Shown here one piece after another: positions 29,065 through 37,806 of a stretch of DNA of 64,000 bases; position 1 is the stretch's first letter, and every line of letters starts with the position of its first letter. The notes beneath the pieces are model-generated. The model saw only the letters and a program-made list of their open reading frames with translations. It was not told the origin of the DNA and searched no databases. The position numbers and the translations under genes were made by a program. Source of the stretch: Dehalococcoidia bacterium UBA1162 (GTDB lineage: Bacteria; Chloroflexota; Dehalococcoidia; GIF9; UBA5629). The stretch covers positions 73,852 through 137,851 of the forward strand of contig DBZK01000037.1 in the NCBI GenBank assembly GCA_002311135.1, read 5' to 3'.

Positions 29065-29391
29065 ATGAAATTATTTAAATCAGCGCAAAAGGGTTTTACG
29101 CTAATCGAGTTGTTGGTGGTCATTTCCATCCTGGGCGTCCTCGCTGCTGTGGTAATCCTTAACGTTACCAAGTACATGGGCCAAGGCAAGACCCAGGCTG
29201 GGGCAACCGAGCTGGCCAATGTGCAGACGGCAGTATCAGCCTACATGTATGACAACACAGGCGCCATCGCGGCCGGTACCGCCACCCCGGCCAATAGCGG
29301 AGGTATTCTGTCCCCCTATTTCCTGGGCAGTCCGCATGGAAGCTATAGCTGGGATTCAACCGGCAAGGTAACCCAGACAACCTATCCGTGA
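29065..29391 (+). CDS. pilA: type IVa major pilin
   Basis: Class-III leader MKLFKSAQKG with cleavage before FTLIELLVVISILG (F1, E5). 108 aa. GGAGG Shine-Dalgarno upstream. Confidence 0.85.
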   Translation: MKLFKSAQKGFTLIELLVVISILGVLAAVVILNVTKYMGQGKTQAGATELANVQTAVSAYMYDNTGAIAAGTATPANSGGILSPYFLGSPHGSYSWDSTGKVTQTTYP

Positions 29392-29423
29392 GAACAATTA
29401 GTTAAAGCAAATCGGATAAAGAA

Positions 29424-29457
29424 AGAGCGTGGACTTTAATCCACGCTCTCTTTTTAT
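29424..29457. terminator. bidirectional rho-independent terminator between convergent pilA and pilT
   Basis: AGAGCGTGGA-ctttaa-TCCACGCTCT stem with T-runs on both sides. Confidence 0.65.
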
Positions 29458-29473
29458 GCTTCACAACCCCGCT

Positions 29474-30544
29474 TCATTTAATCGTGCCTTCAGACCTCAA
29501 TATTTTGTTTATATCGTCCGCATCCTGACAGAAGGCATACACCGCTTCCCGGGATATTATCTTTCTCCTGAAGAGGTCTACCAGCGCATCATCCAGCGTC
29601 TTCATTCCCATATTGGCGCTGGTGCGGATGGTATTGGGGATCAGGAATGGTTTTCCTTCCCTGATAAGGTTCTTCACCGCCGCGTTGGCCAGCATGATTT
29701 CAACCGCTGCTACACGTCCGCCGCCTATACGAGGAACCAGAACCTGGCAAAACACCGCCAGTAGAGTGGACGCCAGCCTGGACTGGGCCATTTGCCTCTC
29801 ATGGGGAGGGAAGAGGTCCACGATCCTCTCAACAGATTGGGCCGCGCTGGGCGCATGCCCGGTGGACAGCACCAGGTGGCCTGTTTCGGCTACGGTCAGG
29901 ACGGCGGAGGCTGTCTCAAGGTCCCTCATTTCACCTACCAGTATCACATCCGGGTCCTGCCTCAGGACGTACTTTAAAGCGTTAACGAACGAATGCGTAT
30001 CCTGGTCGAGCTCCCTCTGTGAGAATGCGCATTTAATACCCGGATGTATATATTCGATAGGGTCTTCGATGGTAACGACGTACCTCTTCATCGAATGGTT
30101 CAGGTGATTGAACATGGCCGCTATGGTCGTGCTTTTACCTGAACCGGTGGGGCCAGTAACCAGTATCAGTCCCCTGGGCCGCGTTATCAAGTCCTTGACA
30201 ATATCGGGCAGGCCGATTTCCTCGACGCTGGGAATATGGTCCGACAAAATACGTATGGCCAAACTGATCGAGCCCTGCTGCCAGCAGGCGTTACATCGGC
30301 CTCGCCCGCCACCAGGAAGCTCATGCGCAAAATCAACCTCCAACTCGGTCTTTAATAAATCCCGCAAATGCGTATTGGCGACCTGGTGAAAGAGGCGCTC
30401 GATATCCTCGCCCGTCATGATCCCGAATTCGGGGAACGGCTTTAACTCGCCGTCAATTCTCAACATGGGAGGTACGCCTGCTACCAAATGGAGGTCAGAG
30501 CCCTTTTCGTCTTTTGCCAGCTTTATCAAGTCCTGGATGTTCAT
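29474..30544 (-). CDS. pilT: twitching-motility retraction ATPase
   Basis: 356 aa with Walker A GPTGSGKSTT and PilT-type Asp/His boxes. Confidence 0.9.
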   Translation of the reverse strand: MNIQDLIKLAKDEKGSDLHLVAGVPPMLRIDGELKPFPEFGIMTGEDIERLFHQVANTHLRDLLKTELEVDFAHELPGGGRGRCNACWQQGSISLAIRILSDHIPSVEEIGLPDIVKDLITRPRGLILVTGPTGSGKSTTIAAMFNHLNHSMKRYVVTIEDPIEYIHPGIKCAFSQRELDQDTHSFVNALKYVLRQDPDVILVGEMRDLETASAVLTVAETGHLVLSTGHAPSAAQSVERIVDLFPPHERQMAQSRLASTLLAVFCQVLVPRIGGGRVAAVEIMLANAAVKNLIREGKPFLIPNTIRTSANMGMKTLDDALVDLFRRKIISREAVYAFCQDADDINKILRSEGTIK

Positions 30545-30578
30545 CTGTAGCCTTTGTAACCCCTTGAAATTCGGCCGC

Positions 30579-31988
30579 TTATCTTTGCGGCGTCAAGTTG
30601 ATCTGAAATTGCGTTTGATTGTACGATATGGTGATTATAGAACTCACGGTTACCAGCTGGTAATTTCCATTCTCCCGGAGATTGCGCGCATAATCGAGCG
30701 CCGTATCCCCGTTAGGGGCCATGCCCTGAATGGTTATGGTTTTGCCGTCGTCATGGACAGATGTCAAATAAATGAATCCCGGCAGGGGAGCTATTAAATC
30801 CCCCCAGTCCCTGTTGATATAAGCCCTTTCCTGTGCCAGGTAATCCAGAGGCGCCTTTAAGGCATTGAGTGTTTTCTGGTACTGGTCGCGTAGTTGGGCG
30901 GCTTTATCGCCCTGCTCTTTGACAGCCTTCTGTGTATCCACGACCTGCTGTGTTTTTTCATTGATAAGCATCTGCAGGCTTGTATTCTGCGCAAACATCG
31001 AATTATAAAGGACGTAGGTGGCAATAAATATCACTGAAGCAATAGCCAGCGCGTAAAACGGGAGCTTGCTGCTCATGGTCGTTTGTTTAGTTGCCGCCAG
31101 CCTGGGCATGACATCGATATTGACCTTCATCAGCTTCGCTGCACCACCCATTCCCTTCAAAGCCATGCCGGTATTGGCGGCAAACCTGCGCTCATCGATC
31201 CCGGCCGGATAAACCAGGCTGGAAGGCAACGGTTTTACACTGTACGGAATAACCCGCGCCAGGCCGTCGCTCAGGTCACCGCTCAAGAAGCATTTTGCAT
31301 TTTTGTCCAGTTGTCGGTCGGTATGGCTGGAATTATAAAAATTGACCGTCCTCACAATTTCATCATTGATCGTGGATATCTTGTCGGGCTCGCTCATGTC
31401 CGCTTGAGCGAAGGTTAGGCTACGCATGAGCTCGGGTATCCCCGAATCAAGCACGCTGATATCAAAGCCGTTGGCCTGGACATTGACCACCACGGCGGTC
31501 TGTTCATCCACCACCCGGTCGATGGCCAGCGGCTTAAGCTCCAGCGATTTCAACCTGAGGCCGCTGAGCGTGAGGGTTTCCATCACCGAGTCGACATTCT
31601 CATGAGGCAAGCCCAGCAAGCACAGCGCCGATTCAATGCTGGATATCTTGACATCCTGCCACGATGTATAAAGGGTTTCGAGAGGGACCGGACTGACGCG
31701 TTCCATCTCCTTGCCGGCGGCTTCCGCCAGCAAACCCCTTTCCAACTTAGGCACGTATACCACCCTGTAAATTGAATGAACGCCGCTTACGCAGGCTATG
31801 GCTTCCGTCTCCCGTATATTATTGGCGGAAAGCAGGCTGATAATTTGTTGACTCACCGAATCCTTATCGATAACAACACCGTTCTGCACCCAACCTGCCT
31901 CTAATTTCACCTCGATAGCGGAGACCACCCGTTTGCCGTTGACCCGGGTTATCCTTACCGAATCATCTTCAATATTTAGTATCAACAT
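30579..31988 (-). CDS. pilM: PilM-PilN fusion protein (actin-like PilM domain + TM + PilN-like coiled-coil)
   Basis: 469 aa. N-terminal ~330 aa are actin/FtsA-like. A TM helix LPFYALAIASVIFIATYVLY and a ~110-aa extracytoplasmic tail follow. Confidence 0.7.
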   Translation of the reverse strand: MLILNIEDDSVRITRVNGKRVVSAIEVKLEAGWVQNGVVIDKDSVSQQIISLLSANNIRETEAIACVSGVHSIYRVVYVPKLERGLLAEAAGKEMERVSPVPLETLYTSWQDVKISSIESALCLLGLPHENVDSVMETLTLSGLRLKSLELKPLAIDRVVDEQTAVVVNVQANGFDISVLDSGIPELMRSLTFAQADMSEPDKISTINDEIVRTVNFYNSSHTDRQLDKNAKCFLSGDLSDGLARVIPYSVKPLPSSLVYPAGIDERRFAANTGMALKGMGGAAKLMKVNIDVMPRLAATKQTTMSSKLPFYALAIASVIFIATYVLYNSMFAQNTSLQMLINEKTQQVVDTQKAVKEQGDKAAQLRDQYQKTLNALKAPLDYLAQERAYINRDWGDLIAPLPGFIYLTSVHDDGKTITIQGMAPNGDTALDYARNLRENGNYQLVTVSSIITISYNQTQFQINLTPQR

Positions 31989-32009
31989 TCTTCTTTTCCA
32001 GGCCGGCTC

Positions 32010-32609
32010 TTACTGATTTGTACAAAACACTGTTATAGTGACAGTGGCCTGGTCCGGATTCCCCTGGGCCTGAGCAGGCTGCATGTTTATATCCGAAGCC
32101 ATGCTGGACGGCAGCACTTTATCCAGGTCCCTTATGAAATTCAGGAAATTCTGGATCCAGCCGTTCATGCCGATCGCATAAATTGTCACGGGATAATCCG
32201 TTCCCTGTAATTGGGCCGTACCAGTTGAGATAGCCATAGAGGTGATGGTGATGTTATATTGCCAGGCCAGGTTGATTAATTTTTGTGTTGTATCGATGCT
32301 GTCGCAGGCATTCCCATAGATTGCCCTTTGAGCAGCGATATCGGAGCTTAATTTGCTTATTTCGCTGTCGATGGAGGTCTGCGCAGTTAATTGCCCTTGA
32401 AGGTTATTGTACTGCGTGCCCAATTCCGCCAGCCTGTTATTTAAGGTGCTCTGCCTGTAGATCTCATCCGAGTAGGACATGGCGATAGGCACGATGGCTA
32501 TAAGAAACAGGGCCCCTACGATGATAAGCCAGACGGATGTGCTCAAGCGGGGTAGCCTTTGTAACAGGCTACTGGTGGCGCTTTTGGAAGAATTAGCGGG
32601 CGGACGCAA
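32010..32609 (-). CDS. pilO: PilO-like pilus assembly protein (N-terminal TM + coiled coil)
   Basis: 199 aa. TM helix LIIVGALFLIAIVPIAM, then a heptad-rich segment. Position is downstream of pilMN. Confidence 0.55.
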   Translation of the reverse strand: MRPPANSSKSATSSLLQRLPRLSTSVWLIIVGALFLIAIVPIAMSYSDEIYRQSTLNNRLAELGTQYNNLQGQLTAQTSIDSEISKLSSDIAAQRAIYGNACDSIDTTQKLINLAWQYNITITSMAISTGTAQLQGTDYPVTIYAIGMNGWIQNFLNFIRDLDKVLPSSMASDINMQPAQAQGNPDQATVTITVFCTNQ

Positions 32610-32695
32610 TTCTATTTATTCCTACCAGCCTTTTGCGCATATTATACATTAAATAAACTATGTTTTAACCCGTCCTCTTATTTTAACAAAGTATC

Positions 32696-33946
32696 TCACT
32701 GATAGTTGTAGCCAATTAAAAGGGGCGTGCCTCCCAGGCCTGCGCCGGGAATTTGGGTCTCGGAGTGGATGCCGCTCATGTACTTGATAATTGCGCTTCC
32801 TTGCATCGTGATGCTCTTGGCTATAACAGATCCGTACACGTAAGCGGAACCGCTCAGAGTGGCATCTGCATTGGGCGCATATATAACGGCTGCTACTTGT
32901 CCGCTGCCGCCGATAGTAACTGTAGTGCCCTGACAGATTATAAAGGGTATATTCCCTGCCACAAGGTTGGCGTTAGCGCTTCCGTCTAACGTTAGATTTC
33001 CTCCACATACAATTGTATACGCCCCATCCACTACGCCACTATTTGCAATATGCAGGTTGCCCGTGCAATACACTGTGCCATTCAAATGGACTGTGACGCT
33101 GCCCCCTATGGTCAGGTCGCCGGTTATATAGGCCGGGCCCGGGAATGTATAAGTCCCATAGCCCGGCACAGGGCTACTGCCGTAATGGCTGCCGGCGCTA
33201 GCCTGGTTGATGAAAGTCTGGACATTAACGCTATATGAGACGGGTGGAGCGCCGGTTACCGTGCTGCCGTCACAGGTGCCGGTATTGCAGTTGCTGATCG
33301 TTGCCGTCCCCGTTGCCGATGCCACGCCCTGCGCAGCAGTGCCTGAACCACAGGTATTGCAGGCAGAACAACATGTGCCTCCTACCGTTGCGCTTGGCGT
33401 TAAAGTTATATTCCCGTTGGCATAAATATTGCCATAGTTGCCGGCTTGCCTACCATCGGATAGTATATGGGCTCCGCCTGTCATCGAAAAATCCCCATTG
33501 AGGCTGGAGGCAGCCTCGTTGAATATATTATTGCCGGGCGCCGGAACCTGGATTAAGGCAATTACCTTTGCCCGGGTTTTACCGCCCGAGGCCGCGCTGG
33601 ATGTAATCGTATAATTATCGTATGAGCTATCGGGAGCTCGGCTATCCGCCACCGCTAACGCCACCGTCATCCCATTTATTGGATTAGGAATAATAGGAAG
33701 ATAAGTAGAAGTAATACTGTTGGGGTTTTTATTCCAGTACCAGTATAATGCTTGGATGCCCGAATCGGCCGCGTAATAAGCCGCTACGTCTTGCTGAGCA
33801 TTGGAGTTAATGGTCAGGAGTGAATACATGAACCCCAGCCCGGGCACAACTATTAAAGTTGCCGCCACCAGCAGTATCAAAGCCAGGGGCAATATCATGC
33901 CGCGCTCTTTACGGCCGATTTTTCTCAGAAACCTCTTAAATATCAT
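32696..33946 (-). CDS. PilX-N-like pilus-associated protein with a Gly/Thr/Ser-rich repetitive C-terminal domain
   Basis: N-terminal hydrophobic segment MILPLALILLVAATLIVV... typical of the PilX_N family. The C-terminus is low-complexity beta-helix-like (GSAYVYGSVIAKSITMQGSAII). Confidence 0.5.
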   Translation of the reverse strand: MIFKRFLRKIGRKERGMILPLALILLVAATLIVVPGLGFMYSLLTINSNAQQDVAAYYAADSGIQALYWYWNKNPNSITSTYLPIIPNPINGMTVALAVADSRAPDSSYDNYTITSSAASGGKTRAKVIALIQVPAPGNNIFNEAASSLNGDFSMTGGAHILSDGRQAGNYGNIYANGNITLTPSATVGGTCCSACNTCGSGTAAQGVASATGTATISNCNTGTCDGSTVTGAPPVSYSVNVQTFINQASAGSHYGSSPVPGYGTYTFPGPAYITGDLTIGGSVTVHLNGTVYCTGNLHIANSGVVDGAYTIVCGGNLTLDGSANANLVAGNIPFIICQGTTVTIGGSGQVAAVIYAPNADATLSGSAYVYGSVIAKSITMQGSAIIKYMSGIHSETQIPGAGLGGTPLLIGYNYQ

Positions 33947-34479
33947 AATGCACCTAACTGCGGCGGCATCCTCTGGTAAAACTTGAACGTTATATTGTCG
34001 CTGGCATATTTATTTGTACCCAAACTTTTAGCCGCCCTGATAGTAAGTAAATATGTGTTATTCTCTGTAACCGTGGGGGTGACCTTAATAAAGGAGGTGC
34101 TGGCCGGGTCTATATATTGCGCGATGTAATTCCCGTTGCGCAGCAAGTTACCATTGGTTATCGTATAGGTTACGGTGCCACGCGTGAATGCACTCCCGCT
34201 CCATTGATAGCAGGTCATCGAGCACAAGTTGCCTGGAGAGACTGCCGTTATATTGTCGGCGCTGGCGACGTCTTTAGCTATCGAAACCCCGGCCTCGTGT
34301 ACCTGTGCCAGAACTATGGCCTGCGCCACATCGGAGCTGGTTAGCCTGGTTGCTTCGCTGAATGTCATGGCCATAACCGCGCTGGCTCCGCCGATGATTG
34401 ACAGGATAATGATCAGTTCAAGCAGTGTAAAACCCCTGCTCCACCTTGCAGCCGCATTGCCCTTTTTAAAAATATTCAT
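33943..34479 (-). CDS. minor pilin (prepilin-type N-terminal cleavage/methylation domain)
   Basis: RG|FTLLELIIILSIIGGA class-III signal; 178 aa. Confidence 0.7.
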   Translation of the reverse strand: MNIFKKGNAAARWSRGFTLLELIIILSIIGGASAVMAMTFSEATRLTSSDVAQAIVLAQVHEAGVSIAKDVASADNITAVSPGNLCSMTCYQWSGSAFTRGTVTYTITNGNLLRNGNYIAQYIDPASTSFIKVTPTVTENNTYLLTIRAAKSLGTNKYASDNITFKFYQRMPPQLGAL

Positions 34480-34490
34480 TTTATGTCAAT

Positions 34491-34955
34491 CTAATAACCG
34501 ATAATATATTCGGTTATCCCCGCCTCTTGCTTGTTATTATAATTAACGGTAACTGTCACCTGCTGGATTTTGGAGTCGCTGTTATATGGCGACTGGCTAA
34601 TCGCAGCTCCCTGCACGATGACTGTATAGCCGGTATAACCCGGGGGAAGGCTATTATGGGAAGAATCCCAGGCCGGGTAGGGCCCGCCCGGTATTGTATA
34701 TGACCAGGGGGGTGTCCCAGCGGGTGTCCCAGCTTTGAGGATATTGGTCCAGTTGTCGCCGACAGACCTGACGTACTCCAACTCGTAACGCGCCAGGCCC
34801 TCCGCCGTCATATTGACGCGAGCTATCGTATTGCCCTGGATGGTTGTATATATGCCCGCAACCAGGGTTACGCCCACGAAGCCCAGAATAGCGACGGCAA
34901 CCAGGGCTTCCACCAGGCTGACGCCCCGCTCCCCGCCAGCACCTGATGGCCACAT
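34491..34955 (-). CDS. minor pilin (prepilin-type)
   Basis: G|VSLVEALVAVAILGFVGV with E5. I started it at the internal Met (MWPSGAGGERG) rather than the track's 35033, which would overlap pilC by 73 nt. Confidence 0.6.
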   Translation of the reverse strand: MWPSGAGGERGVSLVEALVAVAILGFVGVTLVAGIYTTIQGNTIARVNMTAEGLARYELEYVRSVGDNWTNILKAGTPAGTPPWSYTIPGGPYPAWDSSHNSLPPGYTGYTVIVQGAAISQSPYNSDSKIQQVTVTVNYNNKQEAGITEYIIGY

Positions 34956-34959
34956 GCCT

Positions 34960-36174
34960 TTACCCTCCCCCTCCCACCATGCTGGTGGCGGAGTAGATGG
35001 GCACGAAAATAGATAACGCCAGGAAACCCACAACCAGGCCGATGGCCACGGTCATGGCGGGCTCAATCAGGCCCAGCAGCGTCTGCAGCTTGTCCGCCGC
35101 CTCAATTTCGAAGCTGTCAGAAACCACCGTCAAAGTGCTGTCGAGGTTACCCGTCTCCTCCCCCACCCTGGTCATCTCCACCATGAGCGGAAGGAAAACG
35201 GGCCGGCTCCTCATAGCCCCGGCCAGCGCCTCGCCCTTGATAATATCCTGCTCCACATCCCTGAGTGCCTTGGCGATAACCCTGTTGCCTGCCGAATCGG
35301 CTGTCAACGTTAATATATCGGGCAGGGGCAGGCCGGACCTGAATAACAGGGTTATGCTGCGGCAGATACGTGAAAGGGTGTTGAGCAGGATGAGCCTGCC
35401 CAATACCGGCAATCTCAATAAAAGGGCGTCCTTCTGATAGGCGCCCTCCGGCGTGCGGGTGTATAAATATCCAACTACACCCGCCACGGCGATAGCCATA
35501 ATTATATATATGCCGTAGCTGGTGGCGAATGTAATCCCCCATATCAGTATCTGCGTGATCAGCGGCAGGTTGCCGCCCAGGTTTTTAAATACGGCCAGGA
35601 TTGGCGGCAAAATAAACGTGACCATAAGTATAGCCACCAGAATGGCCAGGACCAGCACCACAGCAGGATAAGTGGTCGCCTGCTTGACTTTCCTGACAGC
35701 CGCCGTAGCCTGCTCGGAATAGCCCGCAAGGTTCCTCAATACGCTCTCCAGTTGACCTGTCTGCTCGCCGACTGCAATGATCTTACAAAACATCTTGGAA
35801 AAAGCCCCGGGGTGTTTCTCCAGGGCGACGGATAACGGCAAGCCCGCACGCAGGTCGGTTACCACTCTGCTCAGCATGGCCGCAAAATTTTTATTGACCG
35901 ACTGAACGCGCAGTAGTTCGAGGCTTTGTACGATACCCACCCCTGACTCAAGAAGCAGGGCCAGTTGTCTGGAAAACATCACCACATCTTCCGGCTTGAT
36001 TTTGGGCTTCATAAAAGAAGGGACGCCCGTCAGGAAAGGGGTGATGGGCTTTAAATTGAGTATCTGGTAGCCATCGCGCAAAAGGGCATCCCCGGCGCTC
36101 TTATCGCTATCGGCAGTTATCCTGCCTTTTACGACACGGCGGTCAACCGTGTATCCGACATATTCGTATTCCAT
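34960..36174 (-). CDS. pilC: type IV pilus platform protein (GspF family)
   Basis: 404 aa with two T2SSF repeats and three TM segments. Confidence 0.9.
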   Translation of the reverse strand: MEYEYVGYTVDRRVVKGRITADSDKSAGDALLRDGYQILNLKPITPFLTGVPSFMKPKIKPEDVVMFSRQLALLLESGVGIVQSLELLRVQSVNKNFAAMLSRVVTDLRAGLPLSVALEKHPGAFSKMFCKIIAVGEQTGQLESVLRNLAGYSEQATAAVRKVKQATTYPAVVLVLAILVAILMVTFILPPILAVFKNLGGNLPLITQILIWGITFATSYGIYIIMAIAVAGVVGYLYTRTPEGAYQKDALLLRLPVLGRLILLNTLSRICRSITLLFRSGLPLPDILTLTADSAGNRVIAKALRDVEQDIIKGEALAGAMRSRPVFLPLMVEMTRVGEETGNLDSTLTVVSDSFEIEAADKLQTLLGLIEPAMTVAIGLVVGFLALSIFVPIYSATSMVGGGG

Positions 36175-36219
36175 AGTCCATATCCTACATATATATAAGA
36201 TAGTTCCCGATGCTGAGTG

Positions 36220-37779
36220 TTAAGAGATGGAAAAGGCATTCCTGAGGACTTCATAGGGGGTAGTGATCCCGGCTTTGGCCTTCATCATGCCGTCTTTAGC
36301 AATGGTCACCAGGCCCTGGCTGAGCGCCGTGGCATGGATATCCTGATTTCCTGCCCCCGCCACTATCATACGTCGCAGCTCATCGGTCATGGTCAATATC
36401 TCAAATATTGCGGTGCGCCCCAGGTAGCCGGAATATACACATTCTTTGCAGCCTGCGCCGTACATAAACTCCGTCCTGCTCTCCCCCATCTCTTTCTCGT
36501 AGGCTATTTGCTCAACCAGCGGTATCGTAACCTTGCGGGCACAATGAGGGCAAACGCGCCTGACCATCCTCTGGGCTACTATGCCTACCAAAGCGGAGCT
36601 TATCAGGAACGGCTCAACGCCCAGGTCGATCAGCCGGAATATCACTCCCACTGTCTCATTTGCATGAACGGACGAAAGGACCAAATGTCCCGTAAGCGCC
36701 GACTGAACGGCAATCTGCGCAGTCTCACCATCGCGTATCTCACCCACCAGGATCACATCGGGATCGAGCCTGACGATAGACCGCAGCCCGCTGGCAAAGG
36801 TCAGGCCTGCCTTGATATTTACCTGTATCTGATTAATATTTTCAAAGCGGTACTCGACCGGATCTTCGATGGTTATAATGTTCTTGCCCACACTATCCAG
36901 GGAGTTGACCGCCGCATAAAGGGTGGTTGTTTTGCCGGCGCCTGTCGGGCCGCTGATCAAGACCATGCCATAGGGCATCATCAGCATCTTTTCATATTGC
37001 TCCTGGCTTTCCCTGAGAAAGCCGATCTGCGGAAGAGCCAGCGCCGCCATAGATTTATCCAGAAGCCTCAGTACGCCCATTTCACCGTTAACAGTATTGA
37101 CTGTGGCCACGCGTACATCTATCCTCTTATCCCCGGATTCGAAGGAGAATTGCCCGTCCTGCGGCCGGCGGTGGTCGGCAATATTCATATCGGAAAGGAT
37201 TTTGATGCGTGATATTAATGCGGTATGTACGCTCAGAGGCAACGAGGCGACCTCATGTAAAATACCATCTATCCTGTAGCGAACGCGTAGCCTTATTTCA
37301 TCCGGCTCAATATGGATGTCGGAGGCACGTGCCTTGACACCTTCCTCCAGCAGCCTGTCGAGCTGGCGGGCTATAGGTGTATCGGAGGCCTCATCCGCCA
37401 TTGTAACATCGACTGGAGACTGGGTTGGAGAAGTCCGTTCACCACCCTTGCTCCCCTCTTTCATCGTCTTGTAATTGTAATCAATAGCCTCTTTAATATC
37501 AGCCTCTGTAGCAGGTATCGGCTCAATCCTTTTTTTAGTATAAATTGAGAGGTTCTCTATGGTGAGTATGTCGCTGGGATTGGCCATGTATACGCGGCAC
37601 GTGTTGCCGTCCAGGGATTGTGGCAGCACATTATATTTCCTGGCGATATCCTCAGGCACTAGTTGCAGCGCCTCCGGCATGGGCGCGTCCGACTGGACAT
37701 TCAACCTGGCAATACCAGGCTTGGCCGGACCATTCCTAGTATTGGACCTGCCCTTTGTTTCGTTGGAATCAGATGCCAT
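36220..37779 (-). CDS. pilB: type IV pilus assembly ATPase (GspE family)
   Basis: N-terminal T2SSE_N domain, Walker A GPTGAGKTTT, tetracysteine CPHC...CKEC; 519 aa. Confidence 0.9.
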   Translation of the reverse strand: MASDSNETKGRSNTRNGPAKPGIARLNVQSDAPMPEALQLVPEDIARKYNVLPQSLDGNTCRVYMANPSDILTIENLSIYTKKRIEPIPATEADIKEAIDYNYKTMKEGSKGGERTSPTQSPVDVTMADEASDTPIARQLDRLLEEGVKARASDIHIEPDEIRLRVRYRIDGILHEVASLPLSVHTALISRIKILSDMNIADHRRPQDGQFSFESGDKRIDVRVATVNTVNGEMGVLRLLDKSMAALALPQIGFLRESQEQYEKMLMMPYGMVLISGPTGAGKTTTLYAAVNSLDSVGKNIITIEDPVEYRFENINQIQVNIKAGLTFASGLRSIVRLDPDVILVGEIRDGETAQIAVQSALTGHLVLSSVHANETVGVIFRLIDLGVEPFLISSALVGIVAQRMVRRVCPHCARKVTIPLVEQIAYEKEMGESRTEFMYGAGCKECVYSGYLGRTAIFEILTMTDELRRMIVAGAGNQDIHATALSQGLVTIAKDGMMKAKAGITTPYEVLRNAFSIS

Positions 37780-37806
37780 TATCGCCTCGCCTGGTGATTA
37801 TAACTA

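Noticed and set aside
34956-35033. 5' extension of the minor pilin ORF overlapping pilC by 73 nt
   Set aside because: The class-III signal peptide begins at the internal Met (MWPSGAGGERG|VSLVEA...). The upstream 26 codons are most likely not translated.
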